Notes under the pieces: generated by a model
Databases searched by the model: none
What the model was told of the DNA's origin: nothing
What the model saw: only the letters and a program-made list of their open reading frames with translations
From: an uncultured Heliobacteriaceae bacterium
GTDB taxonomy: Bacteria > Acidobacteriota > Blastocatellia > RBC074
Assembly: GCA_964457105.1 (NCBI GenBank)
Contig: CAYWDW010000001.1
Span: 1-39,913, forward strand
Length of the DNA: 39,913 nucleotides
Reading direction: 5' to 3'
Shown: positions 1 through 10,400 of the stretch, piece by piece
How the letters are laid out: each line of letters opens with the position of its first letter
Position numbering within the stretch: position 1 is the first letter of the stretch
Translations under genes and position numbers: made by a program

Positions 1-2521
1 AGAAGCTGTAAACATTGTCGTTCGCCGTCAGATTGCGGCCATTGACGGCGAGCAGGTACTCGCCTTCCTTCACTTCCACGCCGGGCTGTGTGAGCGGCGC
101 GCGCAGGCCCGGATTCCAGTTTTCGCCGTTGTAAACGCGAGCGAAACGGTACCGCCCGTTTTCAATCTTGTAATCGCAGCCGAGCAGTCCGCCCGGCACA
201 AAGTTCGGGTTCGGCATCTCGCCGCCTCTGACGAAGTGATGACCGACGCCGATGTTGTTGAGCATTTCCTCAAACAGGTAGTTCAGATCGGCGCGATGCG
301 CGACGGCGTTCAGGTACGGTTCGTATCTTTTTTCGGTGGCCTTGAGGTCGAGGCCGTGCAGATTCGGGTCATACAGGAAGTCGCGCTGAATGCGCCAGGC
401 TTCGTTGTACATCTGCTTCCATTCGGCCTGCGGATCAACCTGCACTTCCATTTCACCGATCTTCAGCAGATGCGGCGCGCCCGGCGCGCCCGGCGGCAGC
501 GGCTGGCCGAGCGTCGCAATGCTGGCAATCGTCCAGTTCTGGCCCTGGCGATAAAGCGCCTTTTCACCATTCGCTGAAATGTCAAAGAAGGTGATGCCAT
601 CAAGCGCCTTGTCGAACTTGCGCTTGTCGAGATCGAACTTGTGAACCGTCGCCGGGCCGGTGCCCATCAGCCCGCCGCCGGAGGCTTCGGAGATAAAGAT
701 CAGACCGGCCTTTGCGGCATCCAGCCCGACGTAGTTGCGCGCCGGAATCGGCAGCGAAAGAATGCGCTGACCGATGCCGTCAAAATCAATCGTGACGACC
801 ACAGTCTTTGCCCGGTCGCTACTGCTCCCGGTACTGTTCGGGCCTTTCGGCGCTTCGTCCTTCTTTTCTTCAGCGACCTTTTCTTCATCGCTTTCGGGCG
901 CGAGCGGCGAGGCTTCGCCCTTCTTCAGCACCACAAGGTAAACGCTGCGCGTGGTCTGAAACGGGAAGCTCGACATATCAAGCCAGCCCGTGGTCGGCCC
1001 GACATCGGTGCTGGCCGTGAAGTAAAGATACTTGCCGTTCTTGTCGAATGCGGCATAGCGCGCATCGCTCAGGCCGTCGGTGATCTGCGTGGCTTTGCCC
1101 TGCTCAACCGAATAAGCAAAGACCGCGCACAGGCGATTGCGCAACTGCTTCGTGTAGGCAATCCATTTGCTGTCGGGCGACCAGGTCGGATCCATCACGC
1201 GCCAGGGGTTTTCATAAGTGTTCGTGTCAACTTTGACCGGCGCGCCTTTTTCAATGTCGAGACACCACAGGTTCAGCCGCTTGTCGGTGAAGGCAATCTT
1301 TTTGCTGTCGGGCGACCAGACCGGCGTGTAGAAAAACGACGGCGGGTTGCCGAGGCTGACCTTTCTGACTTCGCCCATGCCTGACTGATTGCTCAGGTGC
1401 AGCGCGTATTCGCCCGATTCATCGCTGAAGTAAGCGATCCATTTGCCGTCCGGCGACCACGCCGGATCACGATCCATGACGCCCGGCGTGCGGGTCAGGT
1501 TGCGCGCATCGCCTTTCTCGGCGGGCACACTGAGAATTTCACCGCGCGCCTCAAAGACCGCGCGCGCGCCAGTCGGTGAGAGCCGCGCCGCCGCAATGCG
1601 ACTGCCGACACGCTCAAAGCGCGGACGCACGGAAAGCAGGTCAGCATTGATGCGAATGTTGACCTGCTGCGCCTTCTTCGATTTCACATCGTAAAGATGA
1701 ATCGTGCCGAACTGTTCGTAAGCGATCACGCCCGGCCCGGCTGAGGCCGATTTGATGTCGAGGCCGTCGTTATTGATGATTTGCTCGACCTTTTTTGATT
1801 TCGTGTCGAAGGCAAAAAGCGACACCGCGCCGCTCGGCGAGTTGCGATCAGAGAGAAAGTAAACTTTGTCGCCGACCCACATCGGGTGATGATCGTTTGA
1901 ATTTTCGCGCGGGAGCTTTTCGATGGATGAATCGGCGAGCCTGGCAATCCAGATGACATCCTGCTGCCCGCCGCGATAATGCTTCCAGTCGGGCTGCCAC
2001 TGAATCAGCGGCTCATAAGCGATGAAAGCGCCATCCGGCGAATAAGAACCGCGTTCGGCCATCGGCAGCGGCACTGCTTCCGGCAGTCCGCCGCCTTCGG
2101 TGCTGATTGTAAACAGGCGCGGAACCGGATTGCTGCTGTTACGGCCTGAAATGAACAGCACCCGCTTCCCGTCATTCGTCCAGCCGGCGGTGAGGTCGCC
2201 GCCCGGATGATAAGTCAGCCGCTTCGGCACGCCGCCCGCCGCAGGCACAACGTAAACATCGGTGTTGCCGTCGTACTGTCCGGTAAAAGCGACCATCGTG
2301 CCGTCAGGCGAAAAGAACGGGTTGGTTTCAGTGCCGACGCCTGTGGTCAGTTGTTTCGCCTCGCCGCCCTCGCGCGGAACGATCCACAGATCACCCGCAT
2401 AAACAAAGACGATCTGCGTGCGACTGACCGTCGGCGTCTGAAACAGCGTGGGCGCGCCCTGGGCGAAACCAGCGCTCGCGGTGACAAGCAGTGTGACGAG
2501 AATCAGGAACCAGATTTTCAT
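1..2521 (-). CDS. Tricorn protease-like peptidase (TolB-like beta-propellers + S41 domain), paralog A; C-terminus cut by window edge
   Basis: Minus-strand frame is open from the ATG at 2519-2521 (GGAG about 10 nt upstream) to the window start. It is absent from the ORF track because it has no in-window stop. It is colinear with the 2651..6007 paralog at a constant 3486-nt offset from 1397 to 2521. Nucleotide identity is roughly 85%, reaching 100% over about 130 nt (2201-2331 vs 5687-5817). Confidence 0.85.
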   Translation of the reverse strand, partial: MKIWFLILVTLLVTASAGFAQGAPTLFQTPTVSRTQIVFVYAGDLWIVPREGGEAKQLTTGVGTETNPFFSPDGTMVAFTGQYDGNTDVYVVPAAGGVPKRLTYHPGGDLTAGWTNDGKRVLFISGRNSSNPVPRLFTISTEGGGLPEAVPLPMAERGSYSPDGAFIAYEPLIQWQPDWKHYRGGQQDVIWIARLADSSIEKLPRENSNDHHPMWVGDKVYFLSDRNSPSGAVSLFAFDTKSKKVEQIINNDGLDIKSASAGPGVIAYEQFGTIHLYDVKSKKAQQVNIRINADLLSVRPRFERVGSRIAAARLSPTGARAVFEARGEILSVPAEKGDARNLTRTPGVMDRDPAWSPDGKWIAYFSDESGEYALHLSNQSGMGEVRKVSLGNPPSFFYTPVWSPDSKKIAFTDKRLNLWCLDIEKGAPVKVDTNTYENPWRVMDPTWSPDSKWIAYTKQLRNRLCAVFAYSVEQGKATQITDGLSDARYAAFDKNGKYLYFTASTDVGPTTGWLDMSSFPFQTTRSVYLVVLKKGEASPLAPESDEEKVAEEKKDEAPKGPNSTGSSSDRAKTVVVTIDFDGIGQRILSLPIPARNYVGLDAAKAGLIFISEASGGGLMGTGPATVHKFDLDKRKFDKALDGITFFDISANGEKALYRQGQNWTIASIATLGQPLPPGAPGAPHLLKIGEMEVQVDPQAEWKQMYNEAWRIQRDFLYDPNLHGLDLKATEKRYEPYLNAVAHRADLNYLFEEMLNNIGVGHHFVRGGEMPNPNFVPGGLLGCDYKIENGRYRFARVYNGENWNPGLRAPLTQPGVEVKEGEYLLAVNGRNLTANDNVYSF

Positions 2522-2650
2522 TGCGGTAGTCTCCGGGAAAATTTGCGTAAACCTGTCACTCATTACCCGTCATCTTTTGTGGCTGGCCGATGAATCTCAA
2601 ACAAAGACAGGCGTTCAGCCACAGATGAAAGATGACAGGTGTCGGGTCGG

Positions 2651-5600
2651 TCAGTTCTGATTTTTAGCCGTGCTTCTGGTGTGATAGTTCGGGAAGGCCG
2701 GCAGTTTGTACTGCGGCTTCGGATTTTTCTTCAGCTCTTCCATCAGCACTTCGACGGCCTTTTCAAGCTGCGGGTCGCGGCCCTGGCGCCAGGCCGCCGG
2801 ATCGAATTCAACTTCAATGTCGGCAGGCACGCCGACGTTTTCGACTTCCCATTCACCGCCGAGGCCGTAAATCGCGGCGTCGGGCGCGGTGACGAAACCG
2901 CCGTCCATCAGTTGCGGCGCAGGGAATGAAGCGATCAGACCGCCCCACGTGCGTTTGCCAATGGTCGGGCCGATCTTCATTTTGCGGAAGTACCAGGGCA
3001 TCGCGTCGCCGCCCGAACCGGCCAGTTCGTTGATGAGCATGACCTTCGGCCCGTAAATCGCGCCCGCCGGCACCGGCACGTCCTGCCCGCCTTCGCGGTA
3101 ATGAATGAAGCTGAGAAGCTGACGGCTCAGATGCTGCACAACGTAATCAGCGAGCAGTCCGCCGCCGTTGAAGCGTTCATCCATCACGGCGCCTTCGCGG
3201 TTGGTCTGCGCGAAGAAATAACGATTGAAGCTCGTATAGCCGCCGTTCGCCGTGTCGGGCATGTACACGTAAGCGAGCCGCCCGCCGCTCAGTTCATCAA
3301 CCTTGCGCCGATTGCCTTCAATCCACGCCAGATTGCGCAGCCCGTTTTCACTGGTCACCGGCACGACCGTGACTTCGCGCGAACCTGCGCCGTCAGCGTT
3401 CGGGCCGACCCTGATGATGACCTGCTTGCCGGCTTTCGATTCAAACGCCTGATAGACGTTGTCGTTCGCCGTCAGGTCGCGCCCGTTCACAGCGAGCAGG
3501 TATTCACCGGCTTTGACGTTGACGCCGGGTTGCGTGAGCGGCGCGCGCAGGTTCGGGTTCCAGTGCTCGCCGTTGTAAACACGGGCGAAACGGTACCGCC
3601 CGTTTTCAATCTTGTAATCGCAGCCGAGCAGCCCGCCGGGCACAAAGTTCGGGCGCGGCACATCGCCGCCGCGAATGAACATATGCCCGACCGTCAGTTG
3701 ATTGAGCATTTCGGTGAACAGATAGTTCAGATCGGCGCGATGCGCGACGGCGTTCAGGTACGGCTCGTACATCTTTTCAGCCGCCTTGAGGTCGAGGCCG
3801 TGCGCGTTCGGGTCGTAAAAGAAATCGCGTTCGCCGCGCCAGACTTCTTTGTACATCTGCTTCCATTCGGCTTTCGGGTCAACCTGCACTTCCATTTCGC
3901 TGACCTTCAGCAGATGCGGCGCGCCGGGCGCGCCGGGCGGCGTCGGCTGTCCGAGCGTGGCCGTGCTGGCAATCGTCCAGTTCGGCCCCTGGCGATAAAG
4001 CGCCTTTTCGCCACTGGCTGAAAGCTGAAAGGCGCTGACGCCTTCAATCGCCTTGTCGAACTTGCGCTTTTCAAGATCGAACTTGTGAACGATGAACGAA
4101 GGCGGCGCGGAGGCTTCCGGATTGACCGGCGGCGCTTCGACGAGGTAGATGCTGCTGGCCTTGCCGGCCAGCAGGTCAACGAAGTTGCGCGCCGGAATCG
4201 GCAGCGCCACGATGCGCTGGTCAATCCCGTCAAGGTCCACGCGCACAGGTTCAGGCTCTTTCTTTGCCGGAGGCTTCGCGCCTGCCTGGGCGTTGTCGGC
4301 CTTCTTTTCACCGTCCTTCGCGGCGTCGCCCGGTCCTGCCGCGTCTTTCTTTTCAGGCTGCAATTTTTCTTCATCGCTTTCAGGCGCCAGCGGCGAAGGC
4401 TGATCGTTGCGCAGCACTACGGCATAGACGCTGCGCGTGGACTGATGCGCGATGCCTGACAGATCGGCAAAGCTGATCGAAGGACCGAGATTGGTGCTCG
4501 CCGTGAAGTACAGATACCTGCCGCTCCGGTCAAAGGCCGGATAGCGCGCATCGCTCAGGCCATCGGTGAGCTGACTGGCTGTGCCTGCATCGAGCGAATA
4601 GATAAAGACCGCGCGCAGCAGGTTCGGCAGGTGCTTCGTGTAAGTGATCCATTTGCTGTCGGGCGACCACATCGGCAGCAGCACGTCGTCATTGTTGCCA
4701 ATCGGGTTGCGATCAACTTTGACCGGCGCGCCCTTGTCAACTTCGAGATACCAGAGGTTCAGCCGCTTGTCGAAGTACGCGATCTTTTTGCTGTCGGGCG
4801 ACCAGGTCGGCGCGTAATAAAACGATGGTGGATTGCTGAGGCTGAATTTTCTGACTTCGCCTTCGCCTTTCTGATCGCGGAGGTGCAGCGCGTATTCACC
4901 CGATTCATCGCTGAAATAAGCAACCCACTTGCCGTCAGGAGACCACGCCGGGTCGCGTTCCATGACGCCCGGCGTGCGGGTCAGATTGCGCGCATCGCCT
5001 TTTTCGGCAGGCACGGTGATGATTTCGCCGCGCGCTTCAAAGACCGCGCGCGCGCCCGTTGGCGAAAGCTTCGCATTCGTGATGCGGCTGCCAACACGCT
5101 CGAAGCGCGGACGCACCGAAGCGAGATCGGCGCTGACGCGAATATTCACTTTCTGCGCCTTCTTCGCTTTCAGATCGTAAAGATGAATCGTGCCGAACTG
5201 TTCGTAGGCGATCACGCCCGGCCCGGCTGAGGCTGATTTGATGTCGAGGCCGTCGTTATTGATAAGCTGCTCAACTTTTTTCGATTTCGTGTCGAAGGCA
5301 AAAAGCGACACTGCGCCGCTCGGCGAGTTGCGATCAGAAAGGAAATAGATCTTGTCGCCCACCCACATCGGGTTTTTGTCGGTGGCGTTTTCGCGCGGAA
5401 GCTTTTCGATGGATGAATCGGCGAGCTTTGCAATCCAGATCACGTCGCGCTGCCCGCCGTGATAGCGCTTCCAGTCGGGCTGCCACTGAATCAGCGGCTC
5501 ATAAGCGATGAAGGCACCATCCGGCGAATAAGACCCGCGTTCGGCCATCGGCAGCGGCATTTCTTCAGGCAGTCCGCCGCCTTCGGTGCCAATGGTGAAC

Positions 5601-6007
5601 AGGCGCGGCGCAGGCGTGCTGCTCTGGCGAACCGAAGAAAACAGCACGCGCCTGCCATCATTCGTCCAGCCGACGGTGAGGTCAGCGCCCGGATGATAAG
5701 TCAGCCGCTTCGGCACGCCGCCCGCCGCAGGCACAACGTAAACATCGGTGTTGCCGTCGTACTGTCCGGTAAAAGCGACCATCGTGCCGTCAGGCGAAAA
5801 GAACGGGTCGGTTTCGGTGCCGACGCCTGTGGTCAGTTGTTTCGCCTCGCCGCCCTCGCGCGGGACGATCCACAGATCACCGGCATAAACAAAGACGATT
5901 TGCGTGCGGCTGACGGTCGGCTGCTGAAACAGTGTCGGGGCGTCCTGGGCCAGGCACGCACCTGCGGCGCAAATGGCACAGAGAAGGGCCAGCGTGATTC
6001 TGATCAT
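2651..6007 (-). CDS. Tricorn protease homolog (signal peptide, TolB/WD40-like beta-propellers, PDZ-like segment, S41 peptidase domain), paralog B
   Basis: 1118-aa ORF with AGGAG upstream of the ATG and a signal peptide (MIRITLALLCAICAAGACLAQ). FSPDG/WSPDG propeller motifs recur, and the C-terminal part resembles tail-specific (S41) proteases. This architecture is recognised from the tricorn protease family. Confidence 0.88.
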   Translation of the reverse strand: MIRITLALLCAICAAGACLAQDAPTLFQQPTVSRTQIVFVYAGDLWIVPREGGEAKQLTTGVGTETDPFFSPDGTMVAFTGQYDGNTDVYVVPAAGGVPKRLTYHPGADLTVGWTNDGRRVLFSSVRQSSTPAPRLFTIGTEGGGLPEEMPLPMAERGSYSPDGAFIAYEPLIQWQPDWKRYHGGQRDVIWIAKLADSSIEKLPRENATDKNPMWVGDKIYFLSDRNSPSGAVSLFAFDTKSKKVEQLINNDGLDIKSASAGPGVIAYEQFGTIHLYDLKAKKAQKVNIRVSADLASVRPRFERVGSRITNAKLSPTGARAVFEARGEIITVPAEKGDARNLTRTPGVMERDPAWSPDGKWVAYFSDESGEYALHLRDQKGEGEVRKFSLSNPPSFYYAPTWSPDSKKIAYFDKRLNLWYLEVDKGAPVKVDRNPIGNNDDVLLPMWSPDSKWITYTKHLPNLLRAVFIYSLDAGTASQLTDGLSDARYPAFDRSGRYLYFTASTNLGPSISFADLSGIAHQSTRSVYAVVLRNDQPSPLAPESDEEKLQPEKKDAAGPGDAAKDGEKKADNAQAGAKPPAKKEPEPVRVDLDGIDQRIVALPIPARNFVDLLAGKASSIYLVEAPPVNPEASAPPSFIVHKFDLEKRKFDKAIEGVSAFQLSASGEKALYRQGPNWTIASTATLGQPTPPGAPGAPHLLKVSEMEVQVDPKAEWKQMYKEVWRGERDFFYDPNAHGLDLKAAEKMYEPYLNAVAHRADLNYLFTEMLNQLTVGHMFIRGGDVPRPNFVPGGLLGCDYKIENGRYRFARVYNGEHWNPNLRAPLTQPGVNVKAGEYLLAVNGRDLTANDNVYQAFESKAGKQVIIRVGPNADGAGSREVTVVPVTSENGLRNLAWIEGNRRKVDELSGGRLAYVYMPDTANGGYTSFNRYFFAQTNREGAVMDERFNGGGLLADYVVQHLSRQLLSFIHYREGGQDVPVPAGAIYGPKVMLINELAGSGGDAMPWYFRKMKIGPTIGKRTWGGLIASFPAPQLMDGGFVTAPDAAIYGLGGEWEVENVGVPADIEVEFDPAAWRQGRDPQLEKAVEVLMEELKKNPKPQYKLPAFPNYHTRSTAKNQN

Positions 6008-6109
6008 ATAGTGGCTCCTGAAAGACTGGTATTGCGTGGATTCCTGATACTGCGCGGAGTTGCGGAGTTGAATGTTGCTTACGTTTCAGAGGCCGCGCCG
6101 GTTCCACTC

Positions 6110-7069
6110 TCATTTCGCCGGAGTGATCGTGATCTTCCGAAACGAAACTTTGCCGTGATCGCCCTGCAGCAGAATCGGGCCGGGCGCGGCCTCGTCGCTG
6201 TCAATCGCGCCGCCTGTGATGCCGGGAATCTCGATGTTATCAATGATGGTTTGGCCGTTCAGGACCACCGTCACGTGGCGACCGAGGAGCGTAATGTCAC
6301 AGGTCTGCCACGCGCCCGGTTTGCCTGAAGCATTGACCGAAGGTCTGATGAACCCGTACAGGCCGCCCATTCTCAGGCTGTCGCGTTCGCGGCCCAGATC
6401 GTCATTGATCTGCACTTCGTGGCGACCGCGCAGGTAAATGCCGCTGTTGCTTTCGGGGAGGATGTTGAATTCAACGTGCAGTTTGAAGTCAGTAAATTTC
6501 TGCTCGGTCAGAATGTCCACGCACGGGACGTTGTTGGTCATCGCGCCATTGGCGACGCTCCAGCAGTTGCCTTTGGTGTTATTGCGCAGCTTCCAGCCGG
6601 TCAGGTCTTTGCCGTTGAAAAGATTGACGGGTTTGCCCCACTGCGGCGCGGCGGTGCGCTTCATTTCAGGCGCGCGGACGGCCACCCAGTTGATCGTCGC
6701 GCCTTTCTCGTCAACGGTCGTGCCTGTGAGCTTGTCGCCGCTGAGCCTGCCGTGAAAGATCAGATCGCTGGTCGTCATTTCATACTGAGGTGGAATCTGA
6801 ACGGTCAGTTCGCCGTCCTTGTATTCAACCCTGGTCGCATAGCGCAGGCTGCCGAAGCGCCCGACAAAACTGCCCATCAGTTCAACCTCCTTGCGCAGGC
6901 GGATTTCCATCCACGACGGGTAAGGCCCGTCCGTCCCCTGGACGGTCAGATCCCAGCGGCCCAGAACTTTGTCAAAGGGGCCGGGGGCGCGTTGCGCCGC
7001 CGCAGTCAGGGTCAGGGTCACAAGGGCGAGCGTGAGCAGCAGAAGCTGCCTGAAAACATTCCGGTGCAT
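6110..7069 (-). CDS. Secreted DUF1080 (3-keto-disaccharide hydrolase-like, concanavalin-type lectin fold) protein
   Basis: 319-aa ORF with an AGGAGA SD and a signal peptide (LALVTLTLTAAAQ). The C-terminal half carries motifs typical of DUF1080: LFNGKDLTGWK, FKLHVEF, SNSGIYLRGR.EVQI and ILLQGDHGKVSFRKI. Confidence 0.8.
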   Translation of the reverse strand: MHRNVFRQLLLLTLALVTLTLTAAAQRAPGPFDKVLGRWDLTVQGTDGPYPSWMEIRLRKEVELMGSFVGRFGSLRYATRVEYKDGELTVQIPPQYEMTTSDLIFHGRLSGDKLTGTTVDEKGATINWVAVRAPEMKRTAAPQWGKPVNLFNGKDLTGWKLRNNTKGNCWSVANGAMTNNVPCVDILTEQKFTDFKLHVEFNILPESNSGIYLRGRHEVQINDDLGRERDSLRMGGLYGFIRPSVNASGKPGAWQTCDITLLGRHVTVVLNGQTIIDNIEIPGITGGAIDSDEAAPGPILLQGDHGKVSFRKITITPAK

Positions 7070-7463
7070 GCAGAATTTCTCCTGTTGATTCGGTCAGTTT
7101 GAATTGCAGATGATCTCTGGTGGAGAACGAACGAATGAGGCCGACCAGAGTCGCTGCCGGGTTCTGCGGCAACGGCTGTCGGCTTCGGCCCGCGGTGTCC
7201 GTGGACGCCGGGATTGTAGCAGAAAGGCTGCGGTTATTGGATGCGGCACGTACCGGCGGACAAAGAAAAACGCCCGCGCGCGCAGGGTCTTTCGGATTGC
7301 CCGCCAGGACCGAAAACCAGCAAAAAAAGATAGCCTGAGGTCAAATGGCTGTGCTAGATTGTGCGCGGTTTCAACCTGGCCCTGCCCTGAATTTTCAGCA
7401 TTTTAATCAGTCCTCCTGAACAGCCTCACAACTGGCGGCCCATGGTCCCGGTTCCTGGTTCAC

Positions 7464-10400
7464 ATGGCTCAGATCAAAAGCTACGTTGACCTCGAAAGTT
7501 ATGACGAGATAACCACCTTCGCGGGCGCTGACGCCGAGCGGGTGGTGCGGTCTTACGTCGTGACTGAAGAGACCGGGAAGCTGGCGGCGCAGATGCTGCG
7601 TGATCTGATTGCGCCGCGCGGTGCGGCGCCGGCCCTGCAGTTGATTTCAGGTCCGCGCGGCAGCGGCAAGAGTCACCTGCTGGCCTTTTTACGCGCGCTG
7701 ACCGGCACGCGGGCCGTGCGCTCCATTCCCGGTCACCCGCAGTTGCAACAGACGCTCAGCCACCTCGGCGGCAGGACGCTGATTCCGGTCGAACTCAATT
7801 TCATGGCCGGTGAGCCGACGGCATTTGAAGCCGTACTGCGTGCGGGCCTCAACAGCATTCTGGTCGAAGGCGCGGCCTTTGACGATACGCGGTGGCAGCA
7901 GGCCGTCGCCTGCGAACAGGTCTTTGAGCAGACGCTCAGTGTCATGTCGCTGGATGTGCAACTGGTGCTCTTCATTGACAACCTGTCGAGCCGCTGGCGG
8001 GCGACGCCGGAAGTGATTGAGAGCGATCTGAAATGGCTGAAGCTGATTGCACGACAAGCCGAATCGCTGCCGCTCAGGGCCGTCCTGGCCCTGGATGAAA
8101 AGGATTACGCCGCGCAACTGGAAGCTGGCGGACCGGGCGCCCTGCAGCCGCCGGTCAGCGTGCGCGCGCTGCCGCCGCACCTGCTGCGCACGGTCATCAC
8201 CCAGGGCGTGCTGCGCAAAAAGCCGGAAGCGAAAGCCCGCCTGACCGCTTTGTATCAGCAGATCACAGACAGTCTGCCGGGGTTTGCCTGGAGCGAGGGC
8301 GAGTTCATCGCTTATTACCCGGTGCATCCGACGCTGGAAACGCTCGCTCCGGCGATGTGCCGTCATACGCGCCATTTTTCACTGCCCGGCTTTGTCTCGA
8401 CTGCCGTCGCGCGCGCCCTCAACCGCCCGGAACTGTCGCTGGTCACGGTTGACGAACTCTTTGACCGCTACGAATACGAACTGCGCAAAAGCGAAGCGAC
8501 CGCCGCGCCCTTTGCGCTTTATGACCGCCTGGTCACTGAGGCGCTCGGCAATTTGTCAGTTGAGGATCGGCTGTGGGCGAGGATGCTTGGCAAGGCGCTG
8601 ACGCTGTTTCTGCTGACCGAAGAACCGGTGACGGTCGAGCGGCTGGCCGATGCGACGCTGATGTTCGACGGCGGCACGGCGACTGAAAGCGGATACGAAA
8701 GGGCGGCGCGCATTCTGGCGCATTTTGAACCGCTCGCGCCCGAAACAATTCGTCTGGCGGGCGCGGCAGGCGCGCGATCCTGGCAATGGCATCTGGTGCC
8801 GCCGCCGGTGCCGCTCAGTGAACAGCTCGCGACGGCAGCGCGTGACATCAGCCGCGCTGATCCGCGCCTGGCCAGGCTGCTGCTGAGCGTTGGCGGCAGC
8901 GTCTTTGCGGACTGGAATCCGGGCGACCTGGCGCGGCCCGCTGAGGCCGACATCTTCAGACCGCTGCTGCCGGAATCGGCTTTCAGTGAGATCACCTGGC
9001 GCGGCACACCGCGGCGCGGGCAGATTGGCCTCGCGACAAACGGGCAGCCGCCGTCGGGCGATGAACAGAACTGGCGGCTGCTGATCGTGCCATTCAATGC
9101 GGCGGCAAAGTCTGCCGCGACGATCAGTCAGCCGGGCGAAGTGCGCTGGCAGGCGGGCGAACTTGCGGATGACAAGGCGCTCGAACCGCTCGCCTGGCTG
9201 CTCGCGCTGCACGAACGCCCGGAACCGACTGAGGATGAGCAGGAGGAAGTGAATCGCCTGAAGGCTCAACTCGTCGCGCAGGTCAGAGAACTGTTCACCG
9301 ATTTATACCTGCGGCGCGGCGTGTTTGCCGATCAGCACGGCACGCGCCCGGTTTCGCCGGACCTTGATCCGGCCTCTGGTTTTGCCGCGCTGCTTAATCG
9401 TGAAATCACCGCCACGCTCGACAGTCTCTATCCCGATCATCCGCATTTTAACGGCCAGCTCACGAGCGACGATGTGCTGCTGCTGCTGACGGGGCTGTTT
9501 GCCAGCAGTTCACCGAATACCGAGCAGGTGCGCGAACTCGCGGCCAGGTTTGCGGTGCCGCTCGGCCTGGTCAGCGAAACGCGGGGCCGGTTCCGGCTCA
9601 ACGTGTTCAATGAAGCCGCCAACCTCCCGCCCTTTATTCACGCGCTGGTCACGCTGGTTGAAATTCATGCCGATGCCGAAGGCTGTTCGGATGTGCCGCT
9701 GCACAAGGTGCTGCGCCTGCTTGAAGTCTCGCCTTACGGGCTGCCGCTCGCGGCGCAGCATCTGATTCTGGTGGCGTTCATTTCGAGCGGCGTTTACGAA
9801 CTGATTGACGAAGCGACCGGCAAACGGCTGACGAAGGCGAATCTGCATCTGGGTTTTGAACCGGCGCGTTTCTCGACGCTGCGGCGCGTGGCCACGACCG
9901 ATTACCCGCTCGACATTCTGCAAACGTGGTCGAAACGCCTGACCGGACGCGACGATCTGCCAGCGCTGATTTCGCCCGAAGCGCATCACACCGTCCGCGA
10001 TGCGCTCTCGGACTGGCTGGAGCAGTGGCGCACACAGGACCTGCGGGAAAGATTTGAGGAACTGCCCGCGGATCTGATCACGATGACGACGTGGGTCAGC
10101 GTGAATATGAGCATCCGGCGTTATGAACGCGCCGCCGCGATGATCGAAAACATTCTGGAAGACGTGCTGACGATTGAAACCGGGCTGTCGCGCATCCTCG
10201 ATCTGTTCGGCCTGGATGTCATGGCGCTGGAGCAGGCGTGGCTGAAGATGCAGTCGCTGGCCGGGTTTCTGGACTGGCTGCCGCGCTTTGTGCAGCTCAG
10301 AAATTATCTGCTCGCGGCAGAGATGACCGGCGAAGCAGCGATTGATGAGCAGGGTGACGAGTTGCAGTCAGGTTTGCGCGAACTGCACGAACTGCTGCTG

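Noticed and set aside
7262-7300. Possible minus-strand intrinsic terminator or small RNA end (ccctgcgcgcgcggg followed by cgttttt) inside the 394-nt divergent intergenic region
   Set aside because: The stem is short and ambiguous (alternating GC with a mismatch and a tiny loop), and I could not identify a promoter for a small RNA. It would be worth checking only if transcriptome data exist.
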